This document shows, piece by piece, positions 21,626-32,785 of a DNA stretch of 64,000 nucleotides. The position numbers were made by a program, and so were the translations under genes. The stretch spans positions 3,658,001 through 3,722,000 of the forward strand of contig NC_092356.1 in NCBI RefSeq assembly GCF_963676685.1. Direction: 5' to 3'. The stretch comes from Mytilus edulis. Its lineage: Eukaryota. Every line of letters begins with the position of its first letter. Within the stretch, counting starts at the first letter, position 1. The notes beneath the pieces are model-generated. The model was not told the origin of the DNA. It did no database searches and worked only from the letters and a program-made list of their open reading frames with translations.

Positions 21626-22093
21626 TCATATGCAGTGTGAATAGGTTTTACCAATCACATTGAAAACAAAGATGTCGTTTGCTTGATGATTATCACTGAA
21701 AAAATCGTGAATGTTAGTTAGATCATACTCTCTACATAAGAGTGATAAGATGAAAATGCAATATTGACCGCATACTGATGAATTCTCACTCTGTAATCGT
21801 TTTTGATTTATTTCCAGAGATATCGCATTGTGTTCAAAGAATTTTAAGAAGTGACGTGAATAATAATCGGGAGAGTGTGCGAAGCTGTCGAAAAATATCC
21901 CTCTTCGTTCCTCATTTATGAAAAAGGCGATCCAGTGTGCACCATTCTCAAAATGATTTTCAGTGTTACAAATAAATCCCATGGGTCGATTTCTCACTAT
22001 CTTAGGTATCTGATCTGCTGCAAATATACCAACAATTTTATCCTTCATTAGTTCATCACAATTAATCATACACTCCAATTGCATAGTGTTCAT
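21626..22093 (-). CDS. Adenain-like cysteine (maturation) protease
   Basis: ICNT...GAHWIAF, FFDSF and LQSENSSVCGQYC give an intact His/Asp/Gln/Cys catalytic set. Confidence 0.95.
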   Translation of the reverse strand: MNTMQLECMINCDELMKDKIVGIFAADQIPKIVRNRPMGFICNTENHFENGAHWIAFFINEERRGIFFDSFAHSPDYYSRHFLKFFEHNAISLEINQKRLQSENSSVCGQYCIFILSLLCREYDLTNIHDFFSDNHQANDIFVFNVIGKTYSHCI

Positions 22094-23412
22094 TCTTGAA
22101 TTATGATGTCTCGAGTTTGAGTTATTTCAAAATATCCACTAAATTCACTATAAATGATTATAGTTGTTGGTTCAGTGAGGGGAGAATCAAATGTGCATTC
22201 CAAATTGACACGTTCATTCCTTTTCAATGTTAAATAATCTAAACCTTCAAAAATTGGTTCCAGTTGAAAGGCATACAAGGCATATCCTTCAGAAAAACTG
22301 TCTCTGTTTAATCCATTACCACAGTCTTGCAGAGTTTTCCCAGCAACCTCAAATAGATTGCGAAATGCAACAATGGATGATTCTCCACTTGACGAGTCAA
22401 ATTTTACTCTGACAGGATTCCCGGAAACTGGCACTCCCTCAACTTTAAGATTTATTTCACTTAGGTGGCAATGTTTGAATGTCCACGGACATAGTGAGTA
22501 GTCACCTGCTATGTTTTGACTCCCCGTAAAGGCTATCAATACCTTATTGGGTCTATTATTCTGGAATATGTTGTTGAAGTTAAAACTTATTTGACCAGCT
22601 GGAAGTGAAATTGTGCGAACATCATTTTGCACAATGGGATATTTAGCGTTTACTGTCCTGAGTATAGAATCGTGGCCATATACAATGCCGGGGTGAACGT
22701 GGATCTTTGCTATTGATAGATACATATCTTCAATCTCAAGGTAATAATCAGCATCTTCATCAACCGACATTAGATAAAATTCTGGTCTCGATCTGTAGAA
22801 TTTCACAGTAACTCCTACTTGATTTAATATGTAACGATTCATTGAAAACAGGGGATGGAAAATGTTTCCTTCAAGATCAACAGTTTTACCATTTTTTATG
22901 TATGCTGTTCTTCTGTAGAGCCCAAGATTTGATCCTGTGTTACAATCTGCATCATCCAATGTTCCTTGATGATCGTCTATCCATAATTGACTTGAGAGCT
23001 GCGATTCTTTAGCTTCTTTCCCATATTTCAATAAAGTTTGCATATAAGCTTTGTAAGGGTAAAATCCTGTTGAAGATGTGACAATTTTATTTTGAATTAA
23101 AACATCTATTTGATTAAATAATGCATGCAAAACATAGTTCACAGGCCCGCAATTAACGTCACTGCTATCTGCTATGGTTCCATCTCCTCTTTTAAGTCTT
23201 AGACGTACATGCATTGTTGATTTACTTAAGTCTAGATACTCTGTTCCACCAGATATGTGAAACTCTATTGGCGATGTCTTTGTAAAAGTTGCAGCTGGTC
23301 GAATATGTTCATATGTGATTCTTGTGACTGCAGTTTGATGACCTGGTAGATTGAATAAAGACAACTGACTTGGTTGCAGCTCATGAAATGTTTCAGGATT
23401 TATTTTAGCCAT
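22090..23412 (-). CDS. Major capsid protein (double jelly-roll, Polinton PY/hexon)
   Basis: 440 aa; SQLSLF...QTAV, PIEFHISG...YLDLSKS, LHALFNQIDV, YPYKAY...LL and GYALYAFQL motifs typical of Polinton MCPs. Confidence 0.93.
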   Translation of the reverse strand: MAKINPETFHELQPSQLSLFNLPGHQTAVTRITYEHIRPAATFTKTSPIEFHISGGTEYLDLSKSTMHVRLRLKRGDGTIADSSDVNCGPVNYVLHALFNQIDVLIQNKIVTSSTGFYPYKAYMQTLLKYGKEAKESQLSSQLWIDDHQGTLDDADCNTGSNLGLYRRTAYIKNGKTVDLEGNIFHPLFSMNRYILNQVGVTVKFYRSRPEFYLMSVDEDADYYLEIEDMYLSIAKIHVHPGIVYGHDSILRTVNAKYPIVQNDVRTISLPAGQISFNFNNIFQNNRPNKVLIAFTGSQNIAGDYSLCPWTFKHCHLSEINLKVEGVPVSGNPVRVKFDSSSGESSIVAFRNLFEVAGKTLQDCGNGLNRDSFSEGYALYAFQLEPIFEGLDYLTLKRNERVNLECTFDSPLTEPTTIIIYSEFSGYFEITQTRDIIIQE

Positions 23413-23420
23413 TTTGAATT

Positions 23421-23891
23421 TTACTGGAAAATATCCTTTTCAATTAGCTGATTCTTTAATCTTTTTTTCACACTCTGTACACTTCCTTTCTTACTGTTTG
23501 TTTTATTTTTCCTTCCTCCTTTCTTTGTCTTTTTCGTTTTCTTCTGCTCCCCTCTATGGCTTTTTCTATTACTGTTTTGTAACTTCCCACGTTTGCGTTT
23601 TATCTTTTTCACAGCTCGACTAATTTCCGACTTAGCATTTTCCACCTGCTGCTGTGCATGTGTTACAAGTTTAATGGGTGATTGCGCATGTGGTTTACTT
23701 TGTGGTAATGTGATTGGTTCCATGAAGCTAGCTGCTGAATTAGTGAGGGAACCACCACTCTGGATAGTTCTTCTGTATGAATTATTAAGATATGAATTGT
23801 GATGTTTGTCATTCGCTAGATTTTCATAGTACATTATCCATGTCCTAGGGTCTAGCACATATTGAGAATTGTTCAATTCCATGATTATCAT
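23421..23891 (-). CDS. Putative virion core / DNA-condensing precursor protein
   Basis: QSGG motif followed by a very Lys/Arg-rich C-terminal half ending DIFQ; lies between penton and MCP. Confidence 0.7.
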   Translation of the reverse strand: MIIMELNNSQYVLDPRTWIMYYENLANDKHHNSYLNNSYRRTIQSGGSLTNSAASFMEPITLPQSKPHAQSPIKLVTHAQQQVENAKSEISRAVKKIKRKRGKLQNSNRKSHRGEQKKTKKTKKGGRKNKTNSKKGSVQSVKKRLKNQLIEKDIFQ

Positions 23892-24310
23892 GCAAAGTAT
23901 GGATACGACCTGAAGTGCAGTGTAATCGACACTGGATTTTTTAAAAATGATGCATGACTCCCTTGCATGTCAGTAATAAAGAATTCAATGTCTCTTATTT
24001 CACTTTTCACCACTGGAATGTATGCAAGTTGATCAAAGTGGTAGTATTCAGTTTGAGAGCAGCAACATATTCGCTTCAATAAGGGTTGTTTGTTACCATC
24101 GACTATTACATCACCGCATATGTTTGCATATATATATAGATCATTATTTGATGATAATTTAATATCAACTAATGCGACTTTCCATTTTGATTTCATCACT
24201 ATTGGCGTCTGAAGATATGTACGGAATTTGTGTGGTCTGTTATGTGGGTAAATGTCTAAATTTTTGTTACTGTTAATGACCATGTAAAAGCTCATTTTAA
24301 AAGTCAACAA
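23888..24310 (-). CDS. Minor capsid protein (penton, Polinton PX-like), compact
   Basis: SFYMVINSN...YPHNRPHKFRTYLQTPI...WKVALVDI, LYIYANI, PLLKRI, YIPV...IEFFITD, ITLHFR. Confidence 0.88.
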   Translation of the reverse strand: MLTFKMSFYMVINSNKNLDIYPHNRPHKFRTYLQTPIVMKSKWKVALVDIKLSSNNDLYIYANICGDVIVDGNKQPLLKRICCCSQTEYYHFDQLAYIPVVKSEIRDIEFFITDMQGSHASFLKNPVSITLHFRSYPYFA

Positions 24311-25451
24311 TATCTCTCTCAGGAATCCACTGACAAAAACGTTTATCCCAATCCTGGAATTTTACATAACCCTCACGTTGACCATTCCGCCTTCGCCATT
24401 TAAGCACTTTCTCAACAAACCACAATGCGTCAGCCTCCTTTTTCACACGCTGCAACTCTGTATAATTGAAATTGCCTACAACTTCCTTGTCCAAAAAATC
24501 TTGTACTTTATAAAAGATTTTCCCATGTATTAGAAATCGTCTATATATTTTAAATATTTCGGAGGTCCACTGTTGCTGATAAGCTCTTTGAAACGGTTTC
24601 TTCAAATGGCTCAGTCTTACCATGTCATTGATTTTAAAATGAAACTGTTTCCCTCTTTTACGTTGTACTTTTAATGTTTCTTTCTTTTCTCTGATTCGTT
24701 TTTCTTTGGGTGGAGTTTTAATATACATATATGCCCACAAATCATATTTGTTTTTCTCATTCACATCTTTTGGAGCTGTATTATTTAAACTTTTATGTGG
24801 CGTTGCATTATAACTTGCTACCAAATTTTGTAGAACATTGAGATAGCTATAAGTTCTATGCTTTGTAAAATATCGGAACATCATCCTCCGAAATGTCAAA
24901 TTGACCCTCTCTGCTATTGACGCTTTACTACTGTCGGAATTTAAATAGACATGATGGTAAATGTCATATTTTTTAAACACACGTTTCAAATCTTTGTTTT
25001 TGAATTCAGTTCCCGCATCTGTGGAAACCTTCAAAGGGATTTTACCATGTTTGAAGATTTTTTCAAATGCATCAGCTACTGTCTTCCCAAACTTGTTTTT
25101 TAATGGATAAATCCATAAAAACCGTGTGAAAATATCGATAACAACCAACAGGAAACGTGTCTTATTGTTATATTTCTGTATGTTGGATACATCCATAAGG
25201 TCAGCATCGTATTGCTCATACGGTTCCGATACAATTATTTTCACTCTTTTAATTCTACGTTTTACAGGTTTTTGTAAATTGTAGTCGTCTATTTTTTCCA
25301 TCCATTTCCTGATCTTGTATACGCTTGGTACATTTCCATCTCTTGATGTCTTCAACGTTTGATAAATTTTTTCAGCACTTAGGTATGCTCCCCCATTTGC
25401 TGTATTGTAATATACATTCCTAAGTTTTTCATCTAAATCATCATTTTCCAT
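24297..25451 (-). CDS. int: Retroviral-type (rve) DDE integrase with C-terminal chromodomain
   Basis: YDADLMD, STDAGTEF, IAERVN triad; YNATPH; FKINDMVRL; VEKVLKWRRRNGQREGYVKFQDW...WIPE chromo-like end. Confidence 0.96.
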   Translation of the reverse strand: MENDDLDEKLRNVYYNTANGGAYLSAEKIYQTLKTSRDGNVPSVYKIRKWMEKIDDYNLQKPVKRRIKRVKIIVSEPYEQYDADLMDVSNIQKYNNKTRFLLVVIDIFTRFLWIYPLKNKFGKTVADAFEKIFKHGKIPLKVSTDAGTEFKNKDLKRVFKKYDIYHHVYLNSDSSKASIAERVNLTFRRMMFRYFTKHRTYSYLNVLQNLVASYNATPHKSLNNTAPKDVNEKNKYDLWAYMYIKTPPKEKRIREKKETLKVQRKRGKQFHFKINDMVRLSHLKKPFQRAYQQQWTSEIFKIYRRFLIHGKIFYKVQDFLDKEVVGNFNYTELQRVKKEADALWFVEKVLKWRRRNGQREGYVKFQDWDKRFCQWIPERDIVDF

Positions 25452-25797
25452 TGTTAAAAATAGGTTCCAAATCTATCATTTTTTCAACTTTATCTATTAT
25501 GCGAGATGCTCTGTGCGGTGTTTTCAATATAGTATTTTTCCAATCTGTTGATTGTAAAAATGTAAGTTGATAGTAGACTCTCACATTATCTGGAATATTT
25601 GATTGTCTGACTAAATTAACAAAATCGGTGTACACTTTATCTGTTTCTACTTGATAAAAAAAATCCCATGCATTTCCTCCACTTATGTGTTCCACTTGAT
25701 TTTCCTTCTTCAGAATGTCAAAAACTGACTTTGCATATATTATATCGAATATGTTATCAAGTCTGGCTATATTTTCACATGATTCTATCTCATCCAT
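25441..25797 (-). CDS. Polinton hypothetical protein (118 aa)
   Basis: First ORF inside the right TIR; overlaps the integrase start by 11 nt. Confidence 0.7.
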   Translation of the reverse strand: MDEIESCENIARLDNIFDIIYAKSVFDILKKENQVEHISGGNAWDFFYQVETDKVYTDFVNLVRQSNIPDNVRVYYQLTFLQSTDWKNTILKTPHRASRIIDKVEKMIDLEPIFNNGK

Positions 25798-26278
25798 GTT
25801 TTATTAATAATAATAATAATTTATAATGTATGATATTTTTGTTTGGGTTAGGGTTAGGGTTAGGGTTAGGGTTAGGGTTAGGGTTAATTATTATATTTAC
25901 CAATTAAACTTTTATCAAATTAAAGCTCTCAAATTGTTTTAAATGTTCCTTTTACTACTTCCATATCCAGCATATCAACAATTTAAATGATTGGTAATGC
26001 GTTAAATTGTTTAATGAAATGAAAATTTTTTTTAAATGTTCAATTTACTTTTACTACTTCCATATCCAGCATATCAACAATGTTAAATTGATTGGTAATG
26101 CATTAAAATTGTTTAATGCAGTGAAAAAAAAAATAAAAACATTCTTTTATATTTTACAAATTAAAAATCAATATTTTGATATTATCCAACAAATATATTA
26201 TGCAATTTTTGCTGACGGGGGCAAAATTTTTGTCAACGTGGCAAAAATATTTGCTGCTGCCACACAATATATACTACT
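25798..26278 (-). repeat. Right terminal inverted repeat containing (GGGTTA)7
   Basis: Reverse complement of the left end; seven GGGTTA units at 25845-25886. Confidence 0.85.
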
Positions 26279-26530
26279 GGTTGTCGTTTGTTTATGTGTT
26301 ACATTTTTGTTTTTCGTTCAATTTTTGTGCATAAAGAAGGCCGTTAGTTTTCTTGTTTGAATTGTTTTACATTGTCATTTCGGGGCCTTTTATAACTGAC
26401 TATGCGGTATGGGCTTTGCTCATTGTTGAAGGCCGTACGATGACCTATAGTTGATAATTTCTGTGTTATTTTGGTCTCTTATGCAGAGTTGTCTCATTGA
26501 CAATCATACCACATCTTCTTTTTTATATTT
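26279..26530 (+). repeat. Distal part of the host repeat split by the Polinton (proximal part 8268-8342)
   Basis: Joined flanks read TCAGTGGTTGTCGTTTGTTTATGTGTTACA, identical to the uninterrupted copy at 48521-48550 (minus strand). Confidence 0.9.
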
Positions 26531-27040
26531 ATATGAGTATATTAAATAAACATGTTTATACCAAGCTAAGTCAGTTTATATCTTGTTTTTCGTCTGACTA
26601 TACAAAAGGAGAGGAGAGCTACTTTGATAGATCAGGTTGACTGATAAGCTGTCTATATAAAGTAATGTGACAATGCATGGCATGAAGACATCACCAAATC
26701 ACCGTATGCAATACTCAAAAAGACATCCAGAGCTTACCATATAGTCATCAACTACCCACCAACAGGCCGTGAGCTTTGGTTGGCTCTTAACTCAAATCCA
26801 AGAGCACAGCAAAATGTCAAAATATTCTATTCAAACTGGGTGACCTGTGAGAAAAACTTTGAAATTTTCCAAAGAAATACACACACCACTCAACTTTTAA
26901 TAAGGAGATTTGGTATTAATGCAAATGAGTCATGCCACATCTTATCTTTATATGGTATTGAACTTAGAATTGAAAATATTGTTTACCTACATTTTGATTT
27001 ATATTATTATCCAGTGAAGAGTATTCTTAATTTTTCTTAA

Positions 27041-27733
27041 AGGGGCACTATAGCTACGAAATTTAAAAAAAATCCAATATCTTTTTTTTTGCTCAATCAA
27101 TATAAATGAAATGCAAATAGTGAAATAATAATTAGCTTTTAGCAGCCAGTATGGTTCAATTTTGTCAAAATAAGCTAAAAAAAACACCATTGATTATGAA
27201 TTATTCACTTGCAAGTGAATAATTCGACATCATTGAATCCGTATTCATGTGAACTTCAATTTAACCCATTAGCTTGAGATGGATAATACGTGAATTATAT
27301 GTGTAAAGTTATTTAAAGGAAAAGAATGTCAACATTGAAAGTGAAACAAAGATAAATCATTTAATTGACTGATTCGATCCACAAAAATCATTCTTATACA
27401 GGTAAAAACGATGATAAACATTTATTTTTCATCTATAATATGGAATTAAATAGACCTAGAATAATCCAACAGCACGAGTTTACTTAATCTATTTATAACT
27501 ATATTTATGTTTACATCGCTTATATGGCCATCGCATAACTTTAGAGGTCAACTCGATAATTAATTAGATGGCGTCTGGACTAAAATACACACGAAGCATT
27601 TTCATGCTCGTGCCCTGTTTATTATTTATTTTAGACTTTCAATAGTTAATAGATAAATGTTTTACATTGTTATAAATAAAATATGAGAATTTGATTAAAA
27701 TCGGTGAACTTGAATTTGACAGCTAGTGCCCCT
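27041..27733. mobile_element. Non-autonomous DNA transposon, Kolobok-like
   Basis: TIR AGGGGCACTA(TA)GCT / AGCTAGTGCCCCT; TTAA on the left, TTAC on the right. Confidence 0.7.
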
Positions 27734-28169
27734 TTACTGCATTTTATATATATACTAAAGCATCTCTGGTAGGTTGATATTAATAACATTTTCATCTAAA
27801 GAAATTTCAAAACTATTATTAAAAACTAGCAAAGATTAGTCATGCATACCTTTTAGTAATAGCTTGTTATCATAAGCAAGGTATGTTTGCTGAGGATTTT
27901 TTTTTTAACATGTAGCAATACAAAATTTGTCAAGATTTTTTGTAAATCAAGGCAAATCCAAATAACTGAGAGGCAGAAGAAACCAAAGGAAAATTCAAAC
28001 CGAACTAAGAAAGCCAGGGCAAAAATTCCTCAACATGGCCAGCAGCCATTTCCAAAACACCACAATGCAAACAAAAGACTGAGAATTAAAAGTCACAATA
28101 GGTGTTCGATAGTGGAAAATAGTCCTGCTGCACCTGAGGCACCCATCACATGATAGTTACAGACGACAA

Positions 28170-28775
28170 CAAAAAAAGTTTCCCTGGAAACACAAAAAAA
28201 GTTTCCCCTGGAAAAACACAAAAAAACAGTTTGCCCTGAAAACACCATAAACAATGTTTCCCCTGGAACACAAACAAAAAGGTTTCCCCTGGAAACACAA
28301 AAAAAAATGTTTCCCCTGAAAAAAAAAAAAAAAAATTTCCCCTGTAAAAACAAAACAAAAATAGATTGCCCTGGAAACACCCTAAAAAATGTTTCCCCTG
28401 GAAACAAAGAAAAAATGTTCCCCCAGGAAACACGGAAACTGATTGGAATTAAATCTGTCCTTAAAACATGAAAATACAATCTTTCAGAAGCAGAGAAACC
28501 AATACTAGACGACATCATTATAGATTAACAAGTAGTTAAACAATAATTACTAGACAAGTCTGGAAACACAAAAAAAAAGAATGTGTTCCCCGTGCCAAAC
28601 ACATAAAAAAGAATGAAATGTGTTCCTTGGAAACACTAAAAATTTCTGAGATAAATTAGGAGGGGAAAACATTGACAATTAGTCAAAAAAAAATCTAGAC
28701 AAACCCTGGAAACATAACAAAATGTTTCCTCTGGAAACACAAAAATAATATGTTTCCACTGGAAACACAAAATTG
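28170..28775. repeat. ~24-bp minisatellite (TTTCCCCTGGAAACACAAAAAA)
   Basis: More than 10 degenerate copies. Confidence 0.85.
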
Positions 28776-29163
28776 ACCCCCTCCTAGTAATATTATGAGT
28801 GTTCATAGTTTATATCAAATATCTAATAAATATATTCAAACATGAGGATAAAATGTTTGGAAAATTGTACTGACGGACAGAATGACAAACTAGTAATCAC
28901 TAGTGAATGCATACTTGTTTGACATATAAACAATGTTCCCCTTCTATATACTAGAATTATTTTGAAAATAATTAATCAATCTATGAAAAATGAATATCAC
29001 CCCTTTTCTTAAAATTTAAACATTATTAATAAATTATCTGTGATTTGTGTTACGTAATGTAATCAGTATACAGTGTCTGCGAAGAATAACGGTGCACTAT
29101 TTTGTGCGTATGGTTTTAATTTTTTTTTTGTGCAGACCGGATATTCGCTACTGCTCATTCCTC

Positions 29164-29615
29164 ATGGCGTCTAAACAGCCGCCGCGTAAATTGTTGCGGA
29201 AACGTCCACGTCCAAGTTATAACGAGACGACTTCGGACGATGAAGGGCATAATTGTTCGTCATCAGGAGACACTAATTTTAGTAATGAATCACGTCCATT
29301 CGGTGCTTTGCCAAAGAATGTTTCAGATTGGACGATATTTGATCTTGACAAATTAGCCATATTCTACGACCGAACTGCTAAACCAACACCATCCGATGTT
29401 CTTCAGTTAGTAACAGACAAAACTGGTTTTTATGGAAATTTAACAATAGAACAACAAGAAGTTATGAAAGTAATTATAGATAACCTTGACTTTGATCTCA
29501 AAATAGAAGAACAAAAATTGAAACAACAACAGTATGTGGAAGGAATTATCACGGAGCTACGTCTAACAGAAGACAAATTACAAAAACAGATGGAACCCAT
29601 CTCGTCGCATAAACA
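29164..29615 (+). CDS. Probable first coding exon of an uncharacterised host gene
   Basis: Acceptor TTTTTTTGTGCAG at 29135, ATG at 29164 (MASKQPPRKLLRKRPRP...), ~150 open codons, donor CA|GTAAGT at 29616. Confidence 0.65.
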
Positions 29616-29959
29616 GTAAGTTTCAAATTCCGAATCATTTCTACCTGTGGCTGTAAAACATTTTGGCAAAATCAAATAACAAAACATATAAAAAACGAAT
29701 GGACAAGAACTGTCATATTCCTGATTTGGTACAGGCATTTTCAAATGTAGAAAATGGTGGATTAAACCTGGTTCTATAGCTCTAACCCTCTCACTTTAAT
29801 GACAGTCTCATCAATTTTCGATATATTTACATTGATGCGTTAAATAAACAGACACAATAAATAAAATAGTCAAAATATGGGTACCTCAGTCATCATCATA
29901 TAACAATTTTAAAAGGAACAATTTAACAGAACACAGAAACATCTACTATAGACGAACAC

Positions 29960-30674
29960 GGTATCGGGACCGTTCGCCCTAGTAACATGTTCGCCCTGGG
30001 TCCGTTTGCCCTGAGTTCGTTCGCCCTTAGAGTCCGTTCGCCCTACTAAAAATATTAATATTCAGGGCATTGAAGTTGAATAAACTTAATCAGATATATT
30101 TCTATGGTATATATTCTTGAAATTTATGGAAACATGGAAATATCTAAAAGTTTATGGCTTGTTAAGGATCATTAATTTATTGTTTTATGACAAATTAATT
30201 CGGATCACTGCTTATCGTGATACCTGTCTTTTGATGGATTTATAATATAAAAAACAAATTTGTTTTGATAATATATTCAGCTTGAAATTAATTTAAAAAA
30301 ATGTACGAACTGTAAAACGGATTTACAAGTTCATTCATTAAAATACTCTGAGACTAGTCTAAGTTATACTGCATACATTAGTGAATGACTGAATACAATT
30401 ATTTTGTTAACAAATATCAACAAAGATAAATACATTGTATTCCAGTATTCTACTGCAATCAAAGAGAAAATGATGAAATTGATTGCGGCAATATCAATAT
30501 TCGGTGATTTTTTCAACAAACTTCAACATATTTTATTCAAATACTTAAAAGTATGCCACTATAGACAACAATTAGTAAAAAATAAAAATCAGGGCGAATG
30601 GATCCTGGGCGAACAGGTATCAGGGCGAACAGGTACTAGGGCGAACGTGAATTAGGGCGTACGGACCCGGATTC
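29960..30674. mobile_element. Mutator-like MITE
   Basis: Imperfect TIRs with subterminal GTTCGCCCT repeats inverted at the two ends; 9-bp TSD GACGAACAC at 29951-29959 and 30675-30683. Confidence 0.85.
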
Positions 30675-31924
30675 GACGAACACATTCATTAATTTGAATG
30701 TCTGACGTCTGTAAATTTTATACGTCACATAAATTTGTCGTTCAATGTGCATACAAACAATTTTAAAATTTACATAGGAATGTTAGCATACAGGGTTAAA
30801 AAATCAAAAGTATGTAAGAATATATATGTACATGTATGTCTTCAGTGGGACTTAAACTTGAGTCTTTTTTAAGAGGGGAAACAAAATGTGTGGGCATGGA
30901 GCTAGTTCAGCTTTGGTTTATTCAGCCATGTAATAAAAGAAGTTTCAGTCATGCTTTTATTTTATATTTATCAATTATGGACTTTTGAGGAGGTCAATAT
31001 ATATGTTACATGTATATATGGACCTGTTCAGATTATATTGACCAAGGATGAGGTATGAGTGTCAATAATATAATTTATAGCTAAGAGCTAAGATGTCCAT
31101 AATTAACATAATTTGACTGAGTCATTTGTGAGTTAAAGTCCTTAATTTATTATATCAAAAAGTTGTACATATATGTTAGACTCAGATCGACGTCCGTTCC
31201 TCAAATCAACTTCCAAATGTGACGTCACAATAAATAACATTCCAAATCAAAGGCTAATTTTATGCCTATCTAATCGACATCCATTTTTTGGCATTCTCTA
31301 GTCAATGATGCTGATTTTCAGCTTCTCTAATCAACATCCATTTTGGACACAGAATACAAAACTGAAGTGAACCAATAGCAGCTGAAACATTTAAACCTTT
31401 AAACATATTACATGTATTATGAGAGACAAATAAGATCTATTTAAAATGAAATGTGTTTTTTTTTAAATTATTACATGTATACTAGAATTTAAGTAGGTTG
31501 TGATATCAATTTTTAAATTTTAGAGATCGGTATGATTTCCAGAGGGAAAACTATACACCACAGTTCAAATAAAATGGATGTGAGGAATTATAAACCATAC
31601 CGCTTTTCAACAATGATAAAAACCCTTACCACAAAGGCTACATGTATATATAAAAGGCCACGACATAAATAATGTAAACAATTTAGATAAAAAAATAAAT
31701 GGTCTTTATAAATTTTTTTCTGTAAAACAAATATGACAGACATAAACCATCGAAAAACCATTGCACTGTAGGTCCATACAAAATATGTTGGGGTTAAATC
31801 TAAATATGCCAATTTCTTGCATTTAAGTTTCACTCCAGGTGTTAAACTCAGAAATTTTGTGAAAAAAACCCCTTACAGAGTCCAAATTATAATACTTTCT
31901 GTGTCTCAAAACAATTGGCTGTGC

Positions 31925-32785
31925 TTCTTTATAAGGGCCCCGCCTAAGGCGGGTCGCCCTATAGTGATCAGTCTGTCTGTCCGTCCGTAACACTTTAACT
32001 TTGTGCCCGCTCTATATCTTGAGAACTGTTATGATTTCAAAGTTTATACTTGACATCCATTTTAACCAACACCAGAGGGTGTGTCAAGATGTATACATGT
32101 ACAACTTCCTAGGTCAAAGGTCAATGTCAAAAACTGGTTTCAGTTGACAACCCTGTGTCCTTTGGTGAAGACTGTGCCCGCTCTATATCTTGATAACCGT
32201 TATGATTTCAAAGTTTATACTTGACATCCATTTTAACCACCACCAGAGGGCGTGTCATGATGTATGTACAACTTCCTAGGTAAAAAAAACTTTGGTTTCG
32301 GTTGTCCCGTGTCCTGTGGTGAAGATCGTGTCCGCTCTATATCTTGAGAACCGTTATGATTTCAAATATTATACTTGACACGCATTTTAACCAACACCAG
32401 AGGGTGTGTCATAATGTATGTACAACTTCCTTGGTCAAAGGTCTGTCTGTCTGTTGGTCTGTCCATCGCTAACAAATTTGATCCACACTATATTTTGAGA
32501 GGACAGCTGTTATTATATCATACTTTATACCTGACAAACATTTTCAACTTAACATATATATTAACCAACACCAGAGAATGTGTCATAATGTATGCATCCT
32601 AGGTCAAAGGTCAGTCTGTCGGTCTGTCCATCCGTTCGTTGTTCTTGACAAATTGTGTCCGCTCTACCTCTCGAGAACCATTAATATTTCATGCTTCATA
32701 TCAGATTATCCATACAACTTATTTACCCAACGTTATTGACAGCGGGGCGCACAGAGATGGCTCCCATCTCAATAGTATCTAGTTT
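31925..32785 (+). mobile_element. Helentron/HINE-like non-autonomous element with ~157-bp internal tandem repeats
   Basis: 5' hairpin plus GTCY microsatellite, repeated CTCTATATCTTGAGAACCGTTATGATTTC core, 3' hairpin and CTAGTT end. Confidence 0.65.

Larger units (their letters stand above)
8343..26278 (-). mobile_element. Full-length Polinton/Maverick (adintovirus-like endogenous virus), 17,936 bp
   Basis: Termini AGTAGTATATATTGTGTGGCAGCAGC... with an exact reverse complement ending at 26278; 6-bp TSD GGTTGT at 8337-8342 and 26279-26284; encodes pPolB, rve integrase, ATPase, protease, and major and minor capsid proteins. Confidence 0.98.

Noticed and set aside
25845-25886. True chromosome end or telomere-healing scar
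   Set aside because: The array is short, lies inside the TIR and is mirrored at the other end of the element.
28093-28518. Hydrophobic repetitive ORFs (FPGET repeats)
   Set aside because: Products of the 24-bp minisatellite.
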